This document shows, piece after piece, positions 8,950 through 17,837 of a stretch of 64,000 bases of DNA. Both the position numbers and the translations under genes were made by a program. Position 1 is the first letter of the stretch. Each line of letters begins with the position of its first letter. The stretch comes from an uncultured Gammaproteobacteria bacterium (GTDB lineage Bacteria; Patescibacteriota; Patescibacteriia; UBA9934; GWF2-40-263): NCBI GenBank assembly GCA_964538435.1, contig CAZIDX010000001.1:64393-128392 (forward strand), in the 5' to 3' direction. The notes beneath the pieces are model-generated. The model worked only from the letters and a program-made list of their open reading frames with translations, did no database searches and was not told the DNA's origin.

Positions 8950-11900
8950 CTAGATTGCGTGCTCTGCTATGTATTCTTTCAGAGCATTTGCCATCTTCTC
9001 GTATCCTTCACCTGTCATGTTATCGATGAAGTTGTCGTGTGTGCCAGACTTAAGATCTATTCCTGGGTCAATGATTGGATACGCCGCACGGAATTCACTA
9101 AACGGCATCAGATCCTCGCCATTACTGAATGCGGTTTCCACAAAACTCTGTGCGGCAGTAAGAAAATCTCCACCATTTGAGAGAATCCAGTTCTCTACAC
9201 CAATCCCTCCAAGACCGCCCTGGCCATAGTCACCCTTTTTGTAGCAACCAGCTTCAGTAAGTGTCATTTTTGCAAACACAACATTTGTTACCGTCCTCTC
9301 AAAAGCTTCTTCCCCATACTTCTCGCGAATGACATTGAGTCGATCTTGCACACCAAAATGAGATGAGTATTCTTCGTGCTCAGACTTTTGAACGAATGCA
9401 ATATCGATCCCCACAGGAATATCCAAACCTGGAACCGAAATGTCTCCAAAACGGAGTTGAATATCATGGGATCCGTTATCTGTTCCACCCAGAGCCTCCA
9501 GTTTTACGATAAACGCATCAAGAAGCTCGTCTCTGCGAGCGTAATCTGCAGGATCAAGTCGGATTGCAAAGTCAAAGTCATAGTCCTTAGGTCGGTTTGT
9601 AAAGCGAGTGGATGACCCAGTCTCATGCAACTCCGCACCCGCTATAGTGGCTTCGTGATCCACCCTCCATTCAATTCCAAGGGATGTGAACGTATCTGCC
9701 ACAAGTGCACGCACAGTCTCACAAGCAACCCTTGTTGCTTCCTTGTCTTCTTGCTTTGCTCTAAGCAATTCCTCAACAGCGTTGTTGTGAAATTCATCTG
9801 CCTCTGCTCGTGCAAGATCAAATTCAGGCCCATTCAGACTCTCAATACCTGCAAGAAACTTCTCACGCATCTGGTCATATTGCTCAGGTGTAAACAAGAG
9901 CTCTCCATCAAGGTTTATGATCGGCATGTACCAACCATTCGTAGCAACATCAATTTGTAGACTCTGAAGATGGCTTTGATCAAATTCATCACCAAGCACC
10001 ACGGCATCAAACTCAGAAGAGGGGAGACCTACAGTCACACCCGTATGCCTTTCAGTTCCTTTTGTTGGCACCATTGAACCGTCGCGCCTAAGAGAGGTAA
10101 GTTGATCTGAAACCAGGAGCTCATATTTTCCTTCTCGTTTGCGAGCCTCTCTTCCAAACAAAGGCATCTGCTCACCATCATCACTTGTGCGGATAAACTG
10201 ACCTCTGTCCCTGCTGTAGAAGTACACAGGTCCATAGCCCTGAACCCACTCTTCTGCTTCACGAAGATCAGATCGAACTTCAACAAAGTCAGTATTAAAC
10301 GGGGTCATATCATTCTCGCTAGATGCTCCAAGAAACTCCATTGAAACAGAACCTCCTCTCAACACATTTCTGAAGAACTGCTCGTTAACCCCTTTAAACT
10401 GGTCTCCGCTCTGAGGCGTAAATTCACCTGAGCGAATTTCTTCTGCTAAAGCCCTACCACGCTCGTTAGCACCTGCCTTCACCTGATCCATCCGATCAAG
10501 AACTTGATCGACCGATTCATACCCAACAGGCTTTGCAAACATTTCCTCGTACCTATCAACCAAACTCTGCCCCTCTTTAACCTGCATGCTCTCCAAAAGT
10601 TGCTTGAAGGTTGTGGCAAGGCCTTCCTCATTCATTGTAAATGGTTCTTCGTCAATTTTTCCAAGCATGGACACCTCATGAGCTGTAGACATCTTTTCGC
10701 AGAAACGAGAAAACCTCTTCTGTTCCTCTTCATTCATGCCCTCAAGTCCGACTTGTTCAAATTTTTGAATAACATCCCGAGCATCTCGTATACTTTCAAG
10801 ATAGGTTCTTAGAGAGTCGTTGTTTGATTCAATATTTACACGTGTGAGCTCTCGATAAGCAACCATTCTCATGCCCCTGGTGCTCACATCTTCAAGTGAA
10901 ACAACGGGGCCATCATCAAGACGTCTATCTAGAGTGCTCTGATCACGAAGATAGATTATTTCAAAGACTTTCAGGTGTTTTCCAAACTCAGGAAGATTGT
11001 TGCGAACAAAAATTGCTTCAATCTCTTCAACAGTCTCAAGGGGTTTTTCTGTTCTGTGAATAGCTGCTATGACAGAGTCTTTTACCTTTTGAAGTGAAGC
11101 CGAAGGTGATTGTTCAATTCGTGCATAAGCTTCAAAAAGATCAGGTCGAACACCCTCAGCCTCAAAGTGCTCACGATGAAACATGATCTGCTGGAATCGG
11201 CCTTTCTCTAGCGCGGAATCTATAAGCGCGTTGTAATCAATCTTCACCCCAGCTTGATCAAAGAGCCCTCCATATCCAAGAAGCACCTCTGTCCCAGCCT
11301 TCTGAGTAAGGGAATCAGCAAGCGCCTGCACTCCAACTTGATCTATGAAATCAGCATGATACTTCAAAAGTTGAGTGAATGCATACACACCATCACTTGT
11401 TGTTGGGTCTACATGCACCTTCACCGTCTCAACGATCTGCTGAACATCATCTTTAGATAATTCAAAGTTTGGACCTTGAAAAGCATTCTTCTCCACAAGA
11501 ATCCCAATCAGTTCTGTGTGAGTATCGATCCTTCCTATCAGAAGATCTTTAATTTGATTGCGCAATTCCGGATCAAGCAGCTCAAGAAAATCTGGATCAA
11601 TTATTCGTTGAACCTCTTTCACATTTCCATACTCAGCAGCTGTAAGTGCATAACGCTGTCTTGTTTCCGGATTCAGATCAACAGCATCAAAAGTGTGCAT
11701 TTCATACACAAGTGTGACTTCATCTTGTTCAAGAAGTCTCTGCGCAAACTCATCAGCTCTTTCCCCGGAGAAGGTGGCCAAGTAAAACGGCTCTCTGGTT
11801 AACATCCATGCTCTGCTGTCCCTGAACTTATCTCGGTCAAGCCACTCAGCTCCCTCAACATCTGCATGGTCTTTCAGTTTCAATACAATATCTGCAGTGT

Positions 11901-13170
11901 CACCTGCTGATAATTCTCGAAATTGGATCATTTTTTGAACGTTTTCAAGAAGAGGAGGACCAACTTCTGGAATTGCAAGAGCTTCTGGTTTTGATTCACA
12001 AAAGGCAATAGCGAAAGCCTTGATATGTTCTTTTGTCCTCAGTGCTGATGTCTTGAGAACAAGAGGGTTTCCATGTGAAAGAGCGATCTGCACTTCATCT
12101 TCAAGAGTGATGCTTGCCGGTCGCACGGATGATTCGTAGATATAAAGAGAGTTGATTGGAGCATCCTCCTCGGCAACAGCAGCAAGTTCATTCAAAGCGT
12201 TTATTCTTGTTTCTCTATCAAAGTCAGCATTCGTTCCAAGCATAAGAATCAACCCGGGAAGACCATGCTCAAATGCAGATGTTGCGAGCATTTCTTTTTG
12301 CTGCGCACTCATCTTTACATCACGGCCACGGTCGTCATAGACAGCTTCTCTCAATTCGTCTGGGCTCAATGCCATAAGCTTCTCAAGCATGCTCTGCCTT
12401 GCCTCATCAGAAGCATGTTCAAATACAACAGGATTGAGAAAATCGCCCTTCTCACCAATCCATTCTCCCTTTTCATTGTCAAAACAAAGCGCAGCTTTCA
12501 ATTCGCTTTGAAGAGCGGTCCTTCCTACGAACACATGATCAAGACGAAGTTTCGATGCGCAAAATTCACGCATGCCCGATGCAAGAGGATCGCCTTGATC
12601 CATGTCAACCACACGTTTGAAAAATCGTTCCTGCTGATCTGATGTGAGCGCAAGACCGTCAAAGTGATGTCTTACTTGGGGAAGATTGTGGTCCACCAAA
12701 GTATCAATAAGCTTATCGTGAGTCTCAGGCGTTAAAGCGTTTCCATCAATCAAGCTTAAAAACTCGCCTGCACTGCTTGGATCCTTGGCAATGGCATCAA
12801 CAAACATCTTGACTTGCTTGTAGTCAGGCTTCTCTCCAGACACAGACAATCTGTGTGCAATCTTCTTTGGATCACCAAGCCCGATTGTTTCCAGCATCTG
12901 GTCCATTGCTTCTTCGGCTCTCTGCGCAAGACTAGCGAGCTTCTCTCGCAGTGTCTCGTCAGGTTCCTCTCCAAGGTTTTCTGCTATCTCAGATGTCATC
13001 TGTTCTCCGCTTGCAACAAAATCTTCCACATGGCCTTCAGCCTGCTCTGCAAGTTCACCAGGGACTGGCTCATACCGATCATCCAGCTCCTCATTAGACA
13101 ATGGTTCAGACTCAGCACCTGCTTTCTGGTTGTCGCGTTTGTCCTCTCTATTCATTGTCATATTCCTCAT
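8950..13170 (-). CDS. giant 1406 aa protein with a C-terminal Pol-beta-superfamily nucleotidyltransferase-like motif
   Basis: Long uninterrupted ORF with an acidic N-terminus and no signal peptide. Near the C-terminus, GSSTRFTNRPKDYDFDFAI fits hG[GS]x9-13DhDh, and GIDIAFV about 55 aa downstream fits the third acidic strand. Confidence 0.7.
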   Translation of the reverse strand: MRNMTMNREDKRDNQKAGAESEPLSNEELDDRYEPVPGELAEQAEGHVEDFVASGEQMTSEIAENLGEEPDETLREKLASLAQRAEEAMDQMLETIGLGDPKKIAHRLSVSGEKPDYKQVKMFVDAIAKDPSSAGEFLSLIDGNALTPETHDKLIDTLVDHNLPQVRHHFDGLALTSDQQERFFKRVVDMDQGDPLASGMREFCASKLRLDHVFVGRTALQSELKAALCFDNEKGEWIGEKGDFLNPVVFEHASDEARQSMLEKLMALSPDELREAVYDDRGRDVKMSAQQKEMLATSAFEHGLPGLILMLGTNADFDRETRINALNELAAVAEEDAPINSLYIYESSVRPASITLEDEVQIALSHGNPLVLKTSALRTKEHIKAFAIAFCESKPEALAIPEVGPPLLENVQKMIQFRELSAGDTADIVLKLKDHADVEGAEWLDRDKFRDSRAWMLTREPFYLATFSGERADEFAQRLLEQDEVTLVYEMHTFDAVDLNPETRQRYALTAAEYGNVKEVQRIIDPDFLELLDPELRNQIKDLLIGRIDTHTELIGILVEKNAFQGPNFELSKDDVQQIVETVKVHVDPTTSDGVYAFTQLLKYHADFIDQVGVQALADSLTQKAGTEVLLGYGGLFDQAGVKIDYNALIDSALEKGRFQQIMFHREHFEAEGVRPDLFEAYARIEQSPSASLQKVKDSVIAAIHRTEKPLETVEEIEAIFVRNNLPEFGKHLKVFEIIYLRDQSTLDRRLDDGPVVSLEDVSTRGMRMVAYRELTRVNIESNNDSLRTYLESIRDARDVIQKFEQVGLEGMNEEEQKRFSRFCEKMSTAHEVSMLGKIDEEPFTMNEEGLATTFKQLLESMQVKEGQSLVDRYEEMFAKPVGYESVDQVLDRMDQVKAGANERGRALAEEIRSGEFTPQSGDQFKGVNEQFFRNVLRGGSVSMEFLGASSENDMTPFNTDFVEVRSDLREAEEWVQGYGPVYFYSRDRGQFIRTSDDGEQMPLFGREARKREGKYELLVSDQLTSLRRDGSMVPTKGTERHTGVTVGLPSSEFDAVVLGDEFDQSHLQSLQIDVATNGWYMPIINLDGELLFTPEQYDQMREKFLAGIESLNGPEFDLARAEADEFHNNAVEELLRAKQEDKEATRVACETVRALVADTFTSLGIEWRVDHEATIAGAELHETGSSTRFTNRPKDYDFDFAIRLDPADYARRDELLDAFIVKLEALGGTDNGSHDIQLRFGDISVPGLDIPVGIDIAFVQKSEHEEYSSHFGVQDRLNVIREKYGEEAFERTVTNVVFAKMTLTEAGCYKKGDYGQGGLGGIGVENWILSNGGDFLTAAQSFVETAFSNGEDLMPFSEFRAAYPIIDPGIDLKSGTHDNFIDNMTGEGYEKMANALKEYIAEHAI

Positions 13171-13318
13171 CGGTTAACATGCATTTCACTTTTCGGGCAG
13201 CAACATCACTAATGCGCCTTTCAAACATAGAAAGCGCCTTGAGCTGCTCGTGCTTCAGTTCTTTCATGGTCGCTTGAAACTCATCCCAAGCCTCTTGGAT
13301 TTCTTTTTGTGTAGCCAT
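13148..13318 (-). CDS. possible 56 aa helical protein overlapping the start of the giant gene
   Basis: ATG at 13318. Product MATQKEIQEAWDEFQATMKELKHEQLKALSMFERRISDVAARKVKCMLTDEEYDNE. It overlaps the giant ORF start by 23 nt. TAAAAT lies about 12 nt upstream. It is below the ORF-track length cutoff. Confidence 0.35.
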   Translation of the reverse strand: MATQKEIQEAWDEFQATMKELKHEQLKALSMFERRISDVAARKVKCMLTDEEYDNE

Positions 13319-13385
13319 ATTATTGCTTCAATTTTACACGAAAACACACCAAAATAGAAACACCCGTCAGGTCAAAACCGACGGG

Positions 13386-14699
13386 CTAGTTGGGGAGACG
13401 AATCTGGGCGACCAGACCGTCTGAGACAAGCTCGAGATCCATTGGACCCTTCCTTAGAAGCGCCAGGAGCCGGGCGTGTTGTTCGTCGCGAAGTCCGATG
13501 AGGACACAGTTATGGATCAGTTCCTGCTCGGCCTTAATGTTGTCGATCCTGCGCTGGATGGCACTGTGTGAGCTGTTACGCGTGATCGCGTTACACGTGA
13601 TCTGGCCCACTGCACCAAGACGGTAAAGAGTCAGCATCTGCATCGGGCCCCAATCCAAGTGAGGTTGCTCTTCCCATACAAAGATCGAAGTACCGTTCAG
13701 GAACGCTTCGTCAACATCCAGGTCGATCTCATCATCAACTGACGACTGCATCCACGTGCTCATGAGCCACTGGTTCTCAGTAGACGAGAGAATGCGTGCC
13801 TGACCCTTGTGTACAAAAGCACCGCTGATGGCTGCACTTGTTGCAATGAGGGTTGCATTCGATGACTCTGGCATTTCCTCGCGCATCTGCATGCGCCCAG
13901 GAGTTGGTCGGATCTGCACCAAGTGCCAATCATCAGGCTGATCAGGGTGAATCACGAGTTCGAGCTGAACACCGAACTTGGATCCGATCCCATTCTCAAT
14001 CACACGAGGAAGTTCTTGCGCAAGATCGGACCAGGGCAGGGTAACAGGATTCTCAACCAGCACCTCACCTCGTTGGAGCTCGACAAGAGTATTCCCATCT
14101 GTGTCCAGTACGGTAGTAGGCCCCTCATGATCCATGGTTGCACTTGTAAACTTTCGGATACCGCTCGGGCAAAATTCTCGTCCGCAGGAAATACGGACGA
14201 CAACCTGCTCGAGGATATCGCTCCATGCGATATCAACCACCACCCCAACACCCGTCACATGCTGTTGCAGTACGATGGGGATGCGGGCATGGATCGATTC
14301 GATGAGCTGGCCGCGCAGATTCGGAATCTTAACCTTGTGGGAAGGGTGAACGCCGCTGTCAGCCGAGAGCCAGTCTTCGTCATGTGCACTGCTGCGCACA
14401 ATGAGAACTTCGTTTTGGTCCTGCGCCCACGGGATACCAGCAATGAACTGGCCCATGTCCTGATGCATGACTTCAGAAAGTTGGATCCAACGCCACTTGG
14501 GCACCGAGATCTTGTCAGAGAGTCGCGCAATTCGCTTGCACAGCTCCAGTCCAAATGCTTTGCCCCCACCTGTCATCAGCGTAGTGACAAGCTGTAGATG
14601 ATCATCTGGATCCAGATGCTCAAATGCAGGATCCATCACAACAGCGCCTGCGCGCCGGTGGCCGTAAACCCAGCCACATGGGTCGAACTTCTTGTTCAT
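13386..14699 (-). CDS. PEP-utilising enzyme N-terminal (PPDK_N, ATP-grasp-like) domain protein; GC-rich
   Basis: TGGGKAFGLEL (GGKxxNL-like) and LIVRSSAHDEDWLSADSG (VRSSAxxED..SxAG) match the PPDK_N family. No His/PEP domain follows. Confidence 0.55.
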   Translation of the reverse strand: MNKKFDPCGWVYGHRRAGAVVMDPAFEHLDPDDHLQLVTTLMTGGGKAFGLELCKRIARLSDKISVPKWRWIQLSEVMHQDMGQFIAGIPWAQDQNEVLIVRSSAHDEDWLSADSGVHPSHKVKIPNLRGQLIESIHARIPIVLQQHVTGVGVVVDIAWSDILEQVVVRISCGREFCPSGIRKFTSATMDHEGPTTVLDTDGNTLVELQRGEVLVENPVTLPWSDLAQELPRVIENGIGSKFGVQLELVIHPDQPDDWHLVQIRPTPGRMQMREEMPESSNATLIATSAAISGAFVHKGQARILSSTENQWLMSTWMQSSVDDEIDLDVDEAFLNGTSIFVWEEQPHLDWGPMQMLTLYRLGAVGQITCNAITRNSSHSAIQRRIDNIKAEQELIHNCVLIGLRDEQHARLLALLRKGPMDLELVSDGLVAQIRLPN

Positions 14700-14830
14700 T
14701 TGTCCCTCCAGAGAACAATACTCCTAAATTCTAAGGTTTTTGTCAATTATTCAATACATATATGCACTTGCGAATAAGCACAAAATCCCTTACACTGTGG
14801 CCGTTATTCGCATCAGAAACATGATTTTGT

Positions 14831-16885
14831 ATGCAAACTTGGAAAGTGAAGAAAAAGAACGAAAAAAAGCCAAAGAAGACAACAGGCGTGAAAATCGCCG
14901 CAATTTTACTTCTTTTGTCTACATTCGTTTTCGCGGGATATGACTTCCCGGGTGTATGGAATGGAGCAGCTCACTCTGTTGAGTCAGCAACAGGTTGGCT
15001 TCCACCAACACTAGAGGAGGAGGATTTCCGGCTCGGTCTTGATCTGCAAGGTGGAACACATCTCATCTATGAAGCAGACATGGCAGAGATCCCGGAAGAC
15101 GATCGTCTTGAAGCCCTTGAGGGAGTAAAGGATGTTATTGAGCGTCGTGTGAACGCGTTTGGTGTGTCTGAGCCTGTTGTGCAAACAACAACCACAGGTG
15201 GCACCTATCGTGTCATCATCGAACTCGCTGGAGTTCTTGATGTAAACGAGGCTATCTCACTTATTGGTGAGACCCCAGTACTTGAGTTCAAAGAGCCGGG
15301 TCAAGAGCTTGAACGTGATCCAACAGAAGAAGAATTAGCTCAAGTGGAAACAGCAAACGAAACCGAACGTGCAGATGCACAAGCTGTGCTTAGTCGCGCG
15401 CTGGCATACGAAGATTTTGATGCACTCGTGAGCGAGTTTAGTATCGAAGTTGACAAAGAGGAGCGAAAAGGTGTGATTGAAGGAATCACAGGAGACTCCC
15501 ACTTCTCTGATTTTCTGATTCTCGCAGAAGAGAACTACATGTGGGACGGACAGGTTCACAGTAGTCTGCATGAGACTGAAGATGGTATTAACATTTTCAA
15601 GCTGGTTGAAACAACCGAGCAGGCTCAAATGGAGCTTTCTCACATTTTGGTTTGTTACGAAGGGGCAATAGGATGTGAAACCGGACTTCCACAAATCGAA
15701 GCTCACACACAGATGAGTAGTCTCAAAGATGAGCTTACGGTTGAGAACTTTGCTGAAAAAGCCATGGAGTATTCAACCGGTCCTTCAGGGCCGATTGGAG
15801 GATCTCTTGGCTGGGCATCAGCTGACATGTTCGTAACACCATTTGCTGTTGCAGCAACCGCGCTCGAAGTTGGTGGGATCTCAGACGTGATTGAGACAGA
15901 ATTTGGTTACCACATCATCTACAAAACATCAGAGCGATCTACGCCGGCATACACAATTCAGCGAATCGTAATGCCGCTTACAGATATCTATGACGTGATC
16001 CCAGAAGTTTCACCATGGGAGAACACCGAGCTTTCTGGAAAGTACCTTGAGCGTGCTGGTGTGGAATTTGATATGAACACAGGAATGCCATACGTGGCAC
16101 TCAACTTTAACAGCGAAGGTGGAGACTTGTTTGGGGAGCTGACAGAAGCGCATGTTGGAGAGCCAATTGCGATCTTCCTCGATGGACAACCAATCTCAAC
16201 ACCAACAGTTCAGCAGGCAATCTACGGAGGAAAGGCGATTATCACTGGAGATTTCACAGTAGACGAGGCAAAGCTCTTGGCTCAGCGTCTAAACGCAGGT
16301 GCGCTTCCAGTTCCTGTAAACCTGCTCTCACAACAGACAATTGGACCAACACTGGGTGCCATCTCACTTGAAAAGAGCATCAATGCAGCGCTATTTGGCT
16401 TCCTGCTCGTGGCAATCTACATGGTTGCCATGTACCGACTTCCAGGCCTAGTTGCTGTTGCTGCGCTCCTCATGTTCGCATTCCTCAACATGGCTGCGTA
16501 CCGACTCTTTGATGTGACAATCACACTGGCTGGAATCGCTGGACTTGTTCTTTCACTCGGAATTGCTGTTGATGCAAACGTGCTCATTATCGAGCGTCTC
16601 AAAGAAGAGTTTGCCTCAGGTCGAGATTTTGTCTCATCACTTGACGAAGCTTTTGCTCGCGCCTGGACAGCTATTCGAGACGGAAACATCACAACACTCA
16701 TTGCTGCTGGAGTTCTATACTGGTTTAGCTCAAGCTTTATCCGAGGGTTCGCACTCACGCTATCAATTGGTGTGATCCTCTCAATGTTCACAGCAATTAC
16801 GGTTACACGCGTATACCTCAAATCCCTCTTGGATTGGAAGGCAATTCGCAAACCAGCCTTATTCGGGTTAAAGAAACGAGACTAA
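14831..16885 (+). CDS. secD: protein translocase subunit SecD with a PrsA/PpiC-type parvulin domain inserted in its periplasmic head
   Basis: SecD motifs LGLDLQGGTHLIYEAD and the C-terminal part of P1 are present. Residues about 266-366 read SHILVCYEG...GGSLGWASADMFVTPFAVAATALEVGGISDVIETEFGYHIIYK, a parvulin signature. Confidence 0.88.
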   Translation: MQTWKVKKKNEKKPKKTTGVKIAAILLLLSTFVFAGYDFPGVWNGAAHSVESATGWLPPTLEEEDFRLGLDLQGGTHLIYEADMAEIPEDDRLEALEGVKDVIERRVNAFGVSEPVVQTTTTGGTYRVIIELAGVLDVNEAISLIGETPVLEFKEPGQELERDPTEEELAQVETANETERADAQAVLSRALAYEDFDALVSEFSIEVDKEERKGVIEGITGDSHFSDFLILAEENYMWDGQVHSSLHETEDGINIFKLVETTEQAQMELSHILVCYEGAIGCETGLPQIEAHTQMSSLKDELTVENFAEKAMEYSTGPSGPIGGSLGWASADMFVTPFAVAATALEVGGISDVIETEFGYHIIYKTSERSTPAYTIQRIVMPLTDIYDVIPEVSPWENTELSGKYLERAGVEFDMNTGMPYVALNFNSEGGDLFGELTEAHVGEPIAIFLDGQPISTPTVQQAIYGGKAIITGDFTVDEAKLLAQRLNAGALPVPVNLLSQQTIGPTLGAISLEKSINAALFGFLLVAIYMVAMYRLPGLVAVAALLMFAFLNMAAYRLFDVTITLAGIAGLVLSLGIAVDANVLIIERLKEEFASGRDFVSSLDEAFARAWTAIRDGNITTLIAAGVLYWFSSSFIRGFALTLSIGVILSMFTAITVTRVYLKSLLDWKAIRKPALFGLKKRD

Positions 16886-16886
16886 T

Positions 16887-17777
16887 ATGCGTATGAACAT
16901 CGTAGAAAACCGCAAAAAGTGGTTCGTTCTATCAGGCGTCTTCGTTGCTGGAAGCATCATTGTTGTCACGCTGCTAGGACTCAGATTCGGAATCGACTTT
17001 ACTGGCGGAAGCTTGCTCGAGGTTGAATTTGAAGCCGCACCAGTTGTTGATGAGGTTCGAAGCACGCTAGCATCAGCGGGGTATACAGACGTAGCCGTGC
17101 AGACAACGGGAGAGCATGGTGTCATTATTCGAACAGACAGTCTTTCAGAAGACGAGCATCAAACAATCCTCACATCGCTTTCAGAGGCGCATGGAGAAGT
17201 TGAGGAGATGCGTTTTGACTCCATTGGGCCAGTGATCGGTGACGAGCTTCGCAGAACTGCGCTCATGGGGGTGGCACTCACACTGCTTCTCATCGGACTC
17301 TATGTCGCATGGGCATTCCGCAAGGTTACTGAACCTGTTGCTTCGTGGAAGTATGGAGCCCTCACAATCATGACAGCATTCCATGACGTAATCATCACGG
17401 TTGGTGCGTTCTCTCTCCTTGGTTACTTCTTTGGGTGGGAGATTGGGACAGCCTTCGTGGCGGCAACGCTAACCATTCTAGGTTACTCAATCAACGACAC
17501 AGTTGTAGTTTTTGACAGGACGCGAGAAAACCTCCTTCGCCGTGCCGCAGATACATTCGAAGACACCGTTGAAATGAGCATCAAGGAAACACTCATGCGC
17601 TCACTCAACACATCTGTCACCACATTACTTGCGCTAGCTGCGATCTTCCTTTTCGGAGGTGATAGCACGCAACCCTTCGCACTCGCGCTCATAATTGGAA
17701 TCGCGATCGGTACCTACTCGTCACTATTTCTGGCAAGTCCAGCTCTGGTCGAGTGGGAGCTCGCAGGCAAAAAATAA
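16887..17777 (+). CDS. secF: protein translocase subunit SecF
   Basis: 296 aa polytopic membrane protein directly after secD, with a typical SecF core. Confidence 0.88.
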   Translation: MRMNIVENRKKWFVLSGVFVAGSIIVVTLLGLRFGIDFTGGSLLEVEFEAAPVVDEVRSTLASAGYTDVAVQTTGEHGVIIRTDSLSEDEHQTILTSLSEAHGEVEEMRFDSIGPVIGDELRRTALMGVALTLLLIGLYVAWAFRKVTEPVASWKYGALTIMTAFHDVIITVGAFSLLGYFFGWEIGTAFVAATLTILGYSINDTVVVFDRTRENLLRRAADTFEDTVEMSIKETLMRSLNTSVTTLLALAAIFLFGGDSTQPFALALIIGIAIGTYSSLFLASPALVEWELAGKK

Positions 17778-17786
17778 TATCTGGAT

Positions 17787-17814
17787 AAAAAACTGGGTTT
17801 CGACCCAGTTTTTT
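17787..17814 (+). terminator. rho-independent terminator after secF
   Basis: ctgggt-ttcg-acccag followed by TTTTTT. Confidence 0.6.
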
Positions 17815-17837
17815 GATATACTTGTCTTATCAATCCC

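Noticed and set aside
13923-14597. 224 aa plus-strand ORF antisense to the PPDK_N gene. Similar antisense ORFs occur at 26738-27478, 27048-27368, 121-375 and 9-398.
   Set aside because: GC-rich DNA lacks stop codons on all frames. The opposite-strand ORFs carry recognisable motifs or are longer, so these are treated as spurious.
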